From sequence record OZ035738.1: DNA of 42,999 nucleotides, one strand, 5' to 3'. Source of the stretch: Kagunavirus LM08P2. This document shows, piece by piece, positions 8,273 to 17,009 of this stretch. Numbering within the stretch: position 1 is the stretch's first letter; the number at the start of each line of letters is the position of its first letter. The notes under the pieces are model-generated. The model worked only from the letters and a program-made list of their open reading frames with translations. It was not told where the DNA came from and made no database searches. Made by a program: the position numbers and the translations under genes.

Positions 8273-8785
8273 ATGCCTCTAATCGTGGAAACGGGTGAAA
8301 TCGTCCCTAATGCTGACAGTTACGTTAGTCTGGCTGACGCCCGCGCGTTAGCGGCTAATTATGGCCTGGAGTTGCCCGCGGATGATACCGCCGCAGAGGT
8401 GGCCTTGCGTAATGGTGCAACGTATGTTGGGTTAGCAGAACCCCAGATGTACGGTCGTCGTGTATCTGCCGAACAGTCACTGGCATATCCTCGCACTGGT
8501 GTAACGTTGAATGGTTTCCCAGTAGCTAACAATGTCATCCCGAAGCAGGTGATTCTTGCGCAGGTAATCGCCGCCGTTACCTATGGCGCGGGTACTGAGG
8601 TGCGGGCTAACTCTGACGGACGTTTGGTACAGACCGAGCGCGTAGAGGCCACAGTAACCGTCACCTACTTCAACAACGGCAACAGCGGTGCCACGACCGC
8701 GATTACCGCTGCGGATGACGCCTTACGCCCGTTACTGTGCGGCGGTCTTAACAATGGCTTCTCGTTTAATGTGCGCCGGGGGTAA
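8273..8785 (+). CDS. Hypothetical head/neck protein
   Basis: 170-aa ORF in head-to-tail joining region; function by position only. Confidence 0.4.
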   Translation: MPLIVETGEIVPNADSYVSLADARALAANYGLELPADDTAAEVALRNGATYVGLAEPQMYGRRVSAEQSLAYPRTGVTLNGFPVANNVIPKQVILAQVIAAVTYGAGTEVRANSDGRLVQTERVEATVTVTYFNNGNSGATTAITAADDALRPLLCGGLNNGFSFNVRRG

Positions 8786-8787
8786 AA

Positions 8788-9402
8788 ATGGCGAAGACTA
8801 AAACAGAGATGTTTACTCTTATCGGTGCAAATCTCCCCGATAATACCACTGGACTTATTACCCCCGCAGCGTTGCGCGAGGTAATGACACAGATGGCTGA
8901 CTCGCCTATCTATGCCACTCCGGGGGTTAAAGAGGTTGAAGTTCTCCGTGCCGCGTCGACAGTAGCACAAGCACCATCCGCAGTGGACACAGCATTGCAA
9001 ATAACTTTCGGTGCTGCCCAGGGAAGCGCGTCTAACCCGGTAATGATTAATGCTGCAGGGCTGGTTACATTCAACGCCGCGGGTAACTACGCCGTTCGCA
9101 TCAAGTTACAGGCGGGGCGTACGGGTGCTAGTGGGACATCAATCCTTTTATCACGCATTCTTCTTAACGGCGCTCAGTACGGCTCACCCGCGGCCACGAA
9201 ACTGGTAAGCGCGGATATTACAATCCCGATTGAATCCCGCGTCGTTATTAACCCCACCGCAGGCCAGACGTTTGCCGTTCAGATTATGCGGGATAGCGCC
9301 GGAAGCAACTACGGTGGCGTATACCCGCAAGCGGCTACTGTAACCGCATGGGGTACAGCACCATCCGCATTACTGGTTATCTCGAGACTGGAGGCAGCGT
9401 AA
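8788..9402 (+). CDS. Hypothetical structural protein
   Basis: 204-aa ORF tightly packed with neighbours. Confidence 0.4.
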   Translation: MAKTKTEMFTLIGANLPDNTTGLITPAALREVMTQMADSPIYATPGVKEVEVLRAASTVAQAPSAVDTALQITFGAAQGSASNPVMINAAGLVTFNAAGNYAVRIKLQAGRTGASGTSILLSRILLNGAQYGSPAATKLVSADITIPIESRVVINPTAGQTFAVQIMRDSAGSNYGGVYPQAATVTAWGTAPSALLVISRLEAA

Positions 9403-9761
9403 TGAGCACCGCTTTCAGTAAACGTATGCAAGGCGTTGGTACACGCCTTCTAACCAAATTCGGTAGCACGGTATCTCTGATTCGCGCCGGCTCGAAAGTG
9501 TGGGATGAAGTTCTCGGCGAGTACGTCTGGTCCGACGATGAAGTGTTGCCGTTGAAAGCTGTTCCGGTTCCGGTAAACGCGGGCCTGGTGAACGGTACGA
9601 CGATTCAGGCTGGCGACATGATTGTTAAAGCCGATTACAGCGTCGTTCCTAAGATGGAAGACAAGGTACAATTCGGCGGCGAGCAATGGTCGGTTGTGGC
9701 TATCGAGAAGAAGATGGTTAACGATGATGTCGTGGCATACTTTATTCAGGTGAGAAAATGA
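9402..9761 (+). CDS. Hypothetical neck protein
   Basis: ATG at 9402 overlaps upstream stop (TAATG); ORF track start 9348 is an upstream extension. Confidence 0.4.
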   Translation: MSTAFSKRMQGVGTRLLTKFGSTVSLIRAGSKVWDEVLGEYVWSDDEVLPLKAVPVPVNAGLVNGTTIQAGDMIVKADYSVVPKMEDKVQFGGEQWSVVAIEKKMVNDDVVAYFIQVRK

Positions 9762-10153
9762 GTTTCGCGCTTGATGTCTCTAAGTTCGTGGAAAAAGCGA
9801 AGAAGAACCCCGAGAAGGTGATGCGTCAGGTGTCTATCAAGCTGTTTTCCGCTATTATAAAGGCGACGCCAGTTGATACCGGTCGTGCGAGAAATAATTG
9901 GTTTGCGTCTGGCAGTACTCCGTCACAGGAAACTACCACCTACGGTGCACCGCAAGGAACGGCTACCATACAGCGTGTTACTGCGGTTATAAACACCGCT
10001 ACAGACTGGAGTGAGTTCACGCTGACAAATAACCTGCCGTATATACAGCGGCTGGAGTATGGCTGGTCACAACAGGCGCCAGCTGGGGTTGTCAGGACTA
10101 ATGTGTCTCGCTTCCAGCAACTCATTAACGAAGAAGCCAACAAGGTGAAATGA
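9758..10153 (+). CDS. HK97 gp10-like neck/tail completion protein
   Basis: 131 aa; ATPVDTGRARNNWF motif resembles the DTGxLRNS signature of the HK97 gp10 family. Confidence 0.5.
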   Translation: MSFALDVSKFVEKAKKNPEKVMRQVSIKLFSAIIKATPVDTGRARNNWFASGSTPSQETTTYGAPQGTATIQRVTAVINTATDWSEFTLTNNLPYIQRLEYGWSQQAPAGVVRTNVSRFQQLINEEANKVK

Positions 10154-10566
10154 TGGGCTACTTTGAGGACTTAACCAAAGCGTTCGATGTGCCGCTGGTA
10201 GCCTTCGGAACCGCCAACGGCATCAAGGTTGCGCTTGAAAACATCGACGCGCCGACATCAACCGATACGCCGTATCTGGCGAGTTACATGTTGCTGGCGG
10301 ATACGGAACAGGCTGATTTGTTCTTCACGGAACAACGCGCCGGTGTTTATCAGGTCGACATTAACTACGCATCGGTGAAAGGTAGCGCGCCAATCAATAA
10401 AATGGCAGACTTACTTAACACGGCGTTTAAAGCAGGTAAGTCATTTTCACGTAACGACATCTGCGCCGAGGTTCAATCGGTAAGCCTGGGGCCGCTGATT
10501 GTAGAAAACGGATGGGCCAAAAGACCATTGTCAATTAACTTTATTGCATTCACCAAGAGGCTGTGA
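10150..10566 (+). CDS. Hypothetical tail completion protein
   Basis: 138-aa ORF overlapping neighbours, between neck and major tail genes. Confidence 0.4.
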   Translation: MMGYFEDLTKAFDVPLVAFGTANGIKVALENIDAPTSTDTPYLASYMLLADTEQADLFFTEQRAGVYQVDINYASVKGSAPINKMADLLNTAFKAGKSFSRNDICAEVQSVSLGPLIVENGWAKRPLSINFIAFTKRL

Positions 10567-10568
10567 AT

Positions 10569-11735
10569 ATGGCTACAACTCCTTTTAAGGGCGCGAATAC
10601 CGCGCAATTCTATGTGGCGGAAGTCACCCCGGGCGTAACACCGACTAACCCGGTATGGTCGCCGTTGCGTAACACAGGTGGCGTTCCCGCTATCACCCGC
10701 GACACGCTGACATCCAACGAACTGGACGGCAGCCGTGAAACTACATCCATCCGCACCGGTAACAAACAGGTTAGCGGTGAATACGCGATCGAGCTTAGCT
10801 CTAAAAGCCAGGACGACTGGCTGGCGGGCGCTTTAGGTTCCACGTGGCAATCAGGTGTCTCTCTGTCAGGGCTGTCGATTACCGTCGCGCCTGCAGGTAA
10901 GACATTTACACGCTCCACCGGTAGCTTTATTTCTGACGGCGTTGAAGTAGGCGACCTGATTGCGTTTACCGACTTAACCGGCGACAACGCAAAACCATTT
11001 ATCGTCACTGCGGTAGAGGCACTGGTAGTGACCGGTGCAGGCATCCAGCACACTCTCACCACAGAGACCGCTACTACTGCTGCTAAGACAGGCGACAAAC
11101 TGGAAACCGGTAGCCAGTGTAAGACGTTCTCTATTCTCACCTGGTACAAAGGCCAGTGCGGCGGGACTGACGCATACACGTTAACCAAAGGCGTGGAAGT
11201 TTCTGGTTTTACCGTTGAGCAGGCCGTTAACGCGATGGTAACGGGCAGCTTCCCGTTCATCGGGCGCAGCCAGGAGATTCTCACTACGCCACCGTCTGGT
11301 TCTGACTTCTCCTCTGTTACGTTTGGTGACGAGCCGTTCTCCTCGGTCGACGTTTCCGTGTTCGATGGCTCTACGCCGTTGCGTTGCGACAGCCTGACCA
11401 TCACCAACGATAACAGCGCGTCCGCACAGTTCGAACTCGGCAACTCTAACGTTGCGTTTGTGGAGCGTAGCCGCGCGGCTAACACCTTCTCCATCTCAGG
11501 CAAGCTGTATGACATGGCTATGATTCAGAAGTTTATCAACGAGCAGCAGGTAGAGATTAACTCTATTCTGGCGGGGGTAAACGGAGCTATGTCTTTCAGC
11601 CTGAAACGCGCAGAGCTCACGGCGGTTACACCAGAAATATCCGGCCCGGAATCAATTACCCAAAGTATAGAAGGGCAGTCCACAGGCAACCAATACCAGT
11701 CGTCTATCGTAATTCAACGTATTAGTTACGCATAA
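10569..11735 (+). CDS. Major tail protein (putative)
   Basis: ORF track start 10563 is GTG; ATG at 10569 with SD AAGAGG; about 390 aa; followed by strong terminator; precedes chaperones and tape measure. Confidence 0.5.
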   Translation: MATTPFKGANTAQFYVAEVTPGVTPTNPVWSPLRNTGGVPAITRDTLTSNELDGSRETTSIRTGNKQVSGEYAIELSSKSQDDWLAGALGSTWQSGVSLSGLSITVAPAGKTFTRSTGSFISDGVEVGDLIAFTDLTGDNAKPFIVTAVEALVVTGAGIQHTLTTETATTAAKTGDKLETGSQCKTFSILTWYKGQCGGTDAYTLTKGVEVSGFTVEQAVNAMVTGSFPFIGRSQEILTTPPSGSDFSSVTFGDEPFSSVDVSVFDGSTPLRCDSLTITNDNSASAQFELGNSNVAFVERSRAANTFSISGKLYDMAMIQKFINEQQVEINSILAGVNGAMSFSLKRAELTAVTPEISGPESITQSIEGQSTGNQYQSSIVIQRISYA

Positions 11736-11737
11736 AA

Positions 11738-11768
11738 CTAAGGCCCCTTTCGGGGCCTTTTTCTTACT
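11738..11768. terminator. Bidirectional intrinsic terminator
   Basis: AAGGCCCC-TTTC-GGGGCCTTTTTCTT with A-rich 5' flank; sits between + major tail gene and - cassette. Confidence 0.7.
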
Positions 11769-11994
11769 CATCAATATTGCTTCGGTATTCCCGTAACTTC
11801 TCCAGACTTTCAATTGCTTCCGCTAAGTCGGTTCCGGTGTCCTTGTGTCCGCGCAAGCCCATGCACAATAGCTTCTTCAATGCGTGCTGTAGCGCCGGGT
11901 CGCGTATATCGAAGGCGCGGAGCACATCATAAACGTCTACTGTCATAGTGCTGCCGTGAGTGTTTGTCATTGTGCGGTTGTATTTTGAAGTCAT
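11764..11994 (-). CDS. Hypothetical protein (76 aa)
   Basis: Last gene of minus-strand cassette; ATGA overlap with upstream gene. Confidence 0.45.
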   Translation of the reverse strand: MTSKYNRTMTNTHGSTMTVDVYDVLRAFDIRDPALQHALKKLLCMGLRGHKDTGTDLAEAIESLEKLREYRSNIDE

Positions 11995-12242
11995 AAATGG
12001 CTCTCATCTATAAGAACGATAACTGCCGAAATCGAAACGGCACCTACATATAAAAGACGCATCTCGGTCGGCGCTATAGCGGTAACAGCTTCGTACAGGC
12101 CCGAGAACACGGACAAATCCATAGAGATAAATGTTAAGACCGCCGCCATTCCTAGTACCGCGGTGGATAAAACCAGTAAAACCAGTAAAACCAGTAAAAC
12201 CACAACAGGCATTATGGCGAAAATCCACAAGGCTTTAATCAT
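11991..12242 (-). CDS. Small membrane protein with VLL repeat
   Basis: 83 aa, two hydrophobic segments; N-terminal (VLL)n tract encoded by a 9-bp tandem repeat; ATGA overlap with upstream gene. Confidence 0.5.
   Translation of the reverse strand: MIKALWIFAIMPVVVLLVLLVLLVLSTAVLGMAAVLTFISMDLSVFSGLYEAVTAIAPTEMRLLYVGAVSISAVIVLIDESHL
12173..12199. repeat. 9-bp tandem repeat CCAGTAAAA x3 perfect (plus partial flanking copies)
   Basis: Read directly; in frame within the 11991-12242 gene, encoding repeated Val-Leu-Leu. Confidence 0.85.
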
Positions 12243-13369
12243 CCCAGCATCTCCGGTGAAATAGTTAAACGTGCGACCTCGCCATATTCGGCGCTATAAG
12301 TAATTACATTTGCGCTACGACCCGACATCCAGCCGCCTCTGGAGGCGTAGGCGTCTTTAGCCGCTAAGGTTCGATGTTGCTCGACAACCATGTTACGGCT
12401 TTCTACAATCTTTTGATGGTGCAGGTGGCCTACGTGGGCGTAGCTGTAAACACTCTCGCCGAACGCTTTGCGGAACTTAGCTATCATAATTGGTTCGATA
12501 GCGTCGAAGCGTGCTTTATGTCCGTGGTGAAAGAACAGCGTCGTTTTGCCGTGTTGGACCATCTTGTAAACATCCGGCGACGTATCGACGAACACACGCG
12601 GCTCATTGTCGTACAGCGTACTGAACATCTCAGCTAACCAAATCATTCCGCTCTCGTCGTGGTTCCCTTGCACAATAAGCAAGCGAACATTTTTATGTTT
12701 AACCAGCGCCATATCGATAACACGGCGGACCATACGAATCATGTAGCGGACCAGTTTCTGATAGCGCGTGTCAGCGTCAAGAACATGACCACTCGCCGGT
12801 GTAACCGCATCCAGACTATCAAAGTGTGCGAAGTCCCCCAGCAGGTTAATAACTCCTGTTCCTGCATCTGGTGCTTTCTGAAACGCAGCATCGAACCACC
12901 GAGAGAACAGGTCTTCCGCAATCTTCATGTCCCAGTCGTCGCCGCTCTCGTCGGCCCAGGCAAGCATACCGAGATGGAAATCAGATACCGTGTAAAGATT
13001 GAGTAGCTTGTCGTCGCGTTTGGCTCGAGTCGCTTTAGCCGGCGCAACTGGCGTAATCTCTGACTTCATGCCTTCAATCACGGCTTTCATCAACTCGACC
13101 TGACGTTCAGCGTCGGTGTCTGTCTTAACCCATTGCAACTTAGTATTGCCGAACTCGTCTACCAGAGACGACGTCCCTTTAATCTTGTAGCCGTCTGGGA
13201 CAAGGTGGCTAACGTCGCGCCCGTGGCCCACGCCTTTCTTAGCCAGCTTCGCTTTACGGATACGAATAACGCGGTCTGAGATGCCGTATTTACGGGCTAT
13301 ATCGATATTCTTCATTCCGGCGTTCAATTCTTCCTGTAACTGTTCGTCGGTTATTTTCTTCCGGGCCAT
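12239..13369 (-). CDS. HTH-fused calcineurin-like metallophosphoesterase (SbcD/Mre11- or CpdA-like fold)
   Basis: Motifs in order DFHLG, GDFAHFD, GNHD, HHGH, GHLHH match the metallophosphoesterase signature; N-terminal ITDEQLQEELNAGMKNIDIARKYGISDRVI looks like a helix-turn-helix; likely start ATG 13369 with SD GAGGAAG (track start 13420 lacks an SD). Confidence 0.6.
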   Translation of the reverse strand: MARKKITDEQLQEELNAGMKNIDIARKYGISDRVIRIRKAKLAKKGVGHGRDVSHLVPDGYKIKGTSSLVDEFGNTKLQWVKTDTDAERQVELMKAVIEGMKSEITPVAPAKATRAKRDDKLLNLYTVSDFHLGMLAWADESGDDWDMKIAEDLFSRWFDAAFQKAPDAGTGVINLLGDFAHFDSLDAVTPASGHVLDADTRYQKLVRYMIRMVRRVIDMALVKHKNVRLLIVQGNHDESGMIWLAEMFSTLYDNEPRVFVDTSPDVYKMVQHGKTTLFFHHGHKARFDAIEPIMIAKFRKAFGESVYSYAHVGHLHHQKIVESRNMVVEQHRTLAAKDAYASRGGWMSGRSANVITYSAEYGEVARLTISPEMLG

Positions 13370-13434
13370 GCTTACTTCCTCGTGTTTAGGATTTGTCCTA
13401 TTTAACCACAGTGCATTCATTTAAATAAAGGCGA

Positions 13435-13761
13435 CTATTTACTTTCCACGCCTATCGCCCACCCAGTCATTACCATTTGCAGACGGGTAGCTGTTAGTAG
13501 GCTGTAGAACGCGTCCCCGTTTTTCTCTACTGAACGTATCACCGTGTATGTTACGGCTTGCGGGGGTAGACCCGATTTACCAACCTCTACGGCGGCCTCA
13601 CACTCACGAACTGTAGAGTCCTTGAATGCCTTTACAATAGTAGGGTCAGCTTTCTTAAGCACGCCAGAAGTCATAAGAACAGATTCGCTAAATACCTGTT
13701 CGCACGGAGATCCAAAAGTAGCAAAAGACATAAACCCCAGAGCTAATACTAATTTACGCAT
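13435..13761 (-). CDS. Secreted/periplasmic small protein
   Basis: 108 aa; N-terminal signal-peptide-like MRKLVLALGFMSFATFGS; SD GAGGA; first gene downstream of promoter 13790-13818. Confidence 0.5.
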   Translation of the reverse strand: MRKLVLALGFMSFATFGSPCEQVFSESVLMTSGVLKKADPTIVKAFKDSTVRECEAAVEVGKSGLPPQAVTYTVIRSVEKNGDAFYSLLTATRLQMVMTGWAIGVESK

Positions 13762-13789
13762 AATTATTTCCTCAGTAAGTTACAAGTGA

Positions 13790-13818
13790 ATAGTACCCTA
13801 TTATATTGGGGTGTGCAA
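13790..13818 (-). promoter_or_regulatory. Sigma70-like promoter, family 2
   Basis: On minus strand TTGCACACCCCAATATAATAGGGTACTAT; drives the 13761-to-11764 cassette. Confidence 0.5.
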
Positions 13819-13925
13819 GTAGTGTGCTAGAATAAGTTTGCGCCTAGTGTCGCACACGAAAAGCGGGTGGTTCCCGTCTGGCGCGTCAACCTTAACCTGT
13901 AACCTCTTAACCAAAGGATTAAAGA

Positions 13926-14342
13926 ATGAAACTTTCTGATTTTTATTTTGCGGACCGCCACGCTGCTGGCACTAAAATGCCTATCCTTCTGCCGAGTGGT
14001 AAAGACTCCGGTGAATGGTTGCAGGTCATTGGCCCAGATTGTGATGCTGGTGTTCGTGCAGGCCGCGCCTACACAACGGCAATTCGACGCCTTACGGAAG
14101 AACTTGCACCATTAGATAAAGAGTGCGAGGCGCTGAATAACTGGGCGCGCTATAACGATGAGAAGGGCTGGCGGGTTATGGACCTGAACAAGCAGCTCGC
14201 CGTGGAAATCGTCACCGGTTGGTCATTCGACGAACCGTTCAGCAAAGAGGCGCTGGCTAACCTGTTTGACCAGTACAGTGGGCTGGCAGAGGCCGTAGTT
14301 AAGCACCATACGGATAGCCGTGAGAAACTCTCGGAAAAGTAA
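13926..14342 (+). CDS. Tail assembly chaperone (putative)
   Basis: 138-aa ORF immediately upstream of tape measure gene with SD AAGGA; followed by a -1-frame ORF. Confidence 0.5.
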   Translation: MKLSDFYFADRHAAGTKMPILLPSGKDSGEWLQVIGPDCDAGVRAGRAYTTAIRRLTEELAPLDKECEALNNWARYNDEKGWRVMDLNKQLAVEIVTGWSFDEPFSKEALANLFDQYSGLAEAVVKHHTDSREKLSEK

Positions 14343-14431
14343 AAGCGCTGTATGAATTTGCGCAATGGTGCTTTGTCGACCGCCAGAAACGTAAGCAATT
14401 CGACGACATCGCGGCAGGGCATCAAGCAGCT

Positions 14432-14704
14432 TTGATCGCAATGGGTGTGATTAAAGAACCGCAGATGAAAGAAGCGACGGGGCCAGAATGCCCCGTTTCT
14501 CTTATCGACGTGTTCGAGAAATACCGTGCCATTAAATTCCTACAGCGCGAAACAGATGATACTATCGTTATAATCCCGCGCGATGCGCTCAAATGGCAAG
14601 ATTTGGTAGCGTTTCGTGATGTCGCCGGTTACGGCATAAGTTTGTTCGAAGCCGAGGTTATCATGGGCTTAGACGGAATATTTGAGGGCAGAGAAGATGG
14701 CTGA
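14432..14704 (+). CDS. Tail assembly chaperone second frame (possible frameshift extension)
   Basis: Frame is -1 relative to 13926-14342 and open from 14324; no ATG with SD until 14441; track start 14432 is TTG. Confidence 0.35.
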   Translation: MIAMGVIKEPQMKEATGPECPVSLIDVFEKYRAIKFLQRETDDTIVIIPRDALKWQDLVAFRDVAGYGISLFEAEVIMGLDGIFEGREDG

Positions 14705-17006
14705 TACGGCTTCCCTAATTGCCAGAGTAAAAACAGAAGGCGCTGATGTAGCCGCTAAACAGCTTGACGCTATGGCGGCATCCGCAGACCGTGCGGACAC
14801 ATCCGTAAACAAACTAACGCCGGATGTTAATAAAGTAAACTCCGCTACGTCTAAAGCGGCTTCTGACGGTTTCGCTAAATTCCGTAACGCCGCCGGGCAG
14901 GTAGGCTTCCAGGTGCAGGACATGGTCGTCCAGTTGCAGTCCGGCACGTCTGCATTCGTAGCAATCGGGCAACAAGGCTCTCAGCTTGCGGGTGCTTTCG
15001 GCCCTGGTGGCGCGGTGCTTGGGGCTGTAATTGCTCTCGCATCAGCAATTGGCGGTGTCCTGTATAAATCACTAACGGAGGCCGAAGGTAGCTCAAAAGA
15101 CCTCGAGGCCGCGCAAAAGCAGTTAAAAGACACCTTCCAACAAACGGCATCCGGCTCTCTCGAACTGACAGACGGCCTTATCCAGCTTACCCAAATAAGC
15201 CGAGAAGCGGCGGAGACTCAACTTGCTTTGGCTAAGGCTAACGCAGACCTTATCGCGCAGCAAACAGCTAAAGCCGTTCGTGAGGACGCAGAGTCGTGGG
15301 AGACGTGGAAAGCCTCCACGGCATCAGCTATCAGCCAGTACGATGCATTGGTCTCTAAAGGTGCGGATGTAGGCGACACGTTAGAAAAACTCGGTGGCAC
15401 TTACGAGGGTAACATCGTAGGCGTCAACATGCTGGCGCAGAATATCGCAGAGCTTAGCAGTAAGTTTGGGGTTAACCGTGACCAGGCGCTGGAGATGATA
15501 GCGGCGCAGAGTGCGTTTAACAAAGAGCCAACCGCCGAGAATGCCCGTCGCATCGCCGATGTGTTTACCGACTGGCTCGGTAATACAAAACAGTTGAACC
15601 CGGAACTTATCCGCCTGACCGACAATGCCAACAAGAACGCCACGGCACTGGAGAACGCGGAGAAGTCCGCAAACGCGGCGGCGGAGGCCCAAAAGAATCT
15701 TGGTCGTAACGTCAACTCAACAACGCAGAGATTCCAGGAACAGAACGAAGCTATCGTCAAAAACCAGCAAATCGCTATCTTAAGTGACCGCGAGCGTATC
15801 CGTGCGCAAGCTGAACTGGATAAGCAGGCGTTCGCTAAACGTGAAGCTGTCACCAAAGAACAGATCGCCGCGTATAATGCTGCGCGTGACACGGAAGCAC
15901 AACAAGACATCGCTCGCATCGACGCTACCGAAAAAGCGAAGGCCGACCGCGAGGCCAAATCGAACGAGAAACGGCTGGCGGCACAAGCCAAACGCGAAGA
16001 AACGGCGGCTGAACGACAGAAAAAAGCGGCGGAAGATTTCCTGGCTACTGTCGACCGCACAACCGGAGATGAGATTTCGCGCATTACCGCTGCGGAAGAG
16101 CAGAAACTGGCAAAACTGGAAGAGTTTAACAGAGCTGGGACTATAAGCCAGCAGCAATACGAAAACGCCAGGACGCAGATTATGCTCTCGGCCGAACAGG
16201 CCCGCCAGGAAGAACTCGCCAAGCGAGAGAAAGAACGACAGGAGAAGAACCAGAAAGGCGAAGACTTCATGGCTCAGATTATGGGCCAAAACGCCGCTGA
16301 GCTTGAGCTTCTGGAGATTCAGGAGCAACAAAAACTGGACGTTGCTGACAGGTATCGCGAACAGAATCTGATTAACGAAGAACAGTACCAGGCCGCGGTT
16401 AATGCTATAAATGACCAGTACGCGTTAAAACGTGCTAACGCAACGGGTAACGCTTTTGGCATGATGGCGGATAATATTAAATCGTCGCTTGGCGAAGCGT
16501 CTACTGCGTACAAAGCTTTCGCTATTGCGCAGGCCACTATTGCCACATACACCTCCGCTATAGAGGCTTATAAATCTGCATCGGCTATCCCTATTGTTGG
16601 ATGGGTGCTCGGGCCTGTAGCCGCCGCCGCCGCCGTAGCCGCGGGGCTCGCAAACATTGGCAAAATTCGTTCGGCCCGTGAGCAGGGCGGTAACTTAGCT
16701 GCAGGTCAGTTATCTACTATCGCGGAACGTAACAAGCCAGAAGTTATTATGCCTGCAGGGGCGTCACGCGTCCGTACCGCAGAACAGATGCGCCAGATTA
16801 TGGGCGAGAACGGCAACAAGTCAGGCGGTGACAGCGTTACAATCGTCAACAACACCACCGGACGTGTTGATTCCGCCGTTACAGAGCGTGACGACGAAGG
16901 GCGGTTACGTGTTATCATCAGCGAAACAGTATCGGCGGCGTTACAAGACAGCAACAGTGCAATCTCTAAGTCACGCCGTGCTACACGAAACCAGCCGGGG
17001 TATTAA
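14697..17006 (+). CDS. Tail tape measure protein
   Basis: About 770 aa, long Ala/Gln/Glu-rich predicted coiled coils, hydrophobic Gly/Ala segment near C-terminus; ATG 14697 with SD; follows chaperone pair. Confidence 0.75.
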   Translation: MADTASLIARVKTEGADVAAKQLDAMAASADRADTSVNKLTPDVNKVNSATSKAASDGFAKFRNAAGQVGFQVQDMVVQLQSGTSAFVAIGQQGSQLAGAFGPGGAVLGAVIALASAIGGVLYKSLTEAEGSSKDLEAAQKQLKDTFQQTASGSLELTDGLIQLTQISREAAETQLALAKANADLIAQQTAKAVREDAESWETWKASTASAISQYDALVSKGADVGDTLEKLGGTYEGNIVGVNMLAQNIAELSSKFGVNRDQALEMIAAQSAFNKEPTAENARRIADVFTDWLGNTKQLNPELIRLTDNANKNATALENAEKSANAAAEAQKNLGRNVNSTTQRFQEQNEAIVKNQQIAILSDRERIRAQAELDKQAFAKREAVTKEQIAAYNAARDTEAQQDIARIDATEKAKADREAKSNEKRLAAQAKREETAAERQKKAAEDFLATVDRTTGDEISRITAAEEQKLAKLEEFNRAGTISQQQYENARTQIMLSAEQARQEELAKREKERQEKNQKGEDFMAQIMGQNAAELELLEIQEQQKLDVADRYREQNLINEEQYQAAVNAINDQYALKRANATGNAFGMMADNIKSSLGEASTAYKAFAIAQATIATYTSAIEAYKSASAIPIVGWVLGPVAAAAAVAAGLANIGKIRSAREQGGNLAAGQLSTIAERNKPEVIMPAGASRVRTAEQMRQIMGENGNKSGGDSVTIVNNTTGRVDSAVTERDDEGRLRVIISETVSAALQDSNSAISKSRRATRNQPGY

Positions 17007-17009
17007 CCA

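Noticed and set aside
10610-11515. 301-aa minus-strand ORF inside the major tail gene
   Set aside because: Antisense shadow ORF without translation signals
15401-16270. 289-aa minus-strand ORF (plus 15780-16331) inside the tape measure gene
   Set aside because: Antisense to the repetitive tape measure coding sequence; low-complexity Ser/Ala/Cys-rich translation; shadow ORF
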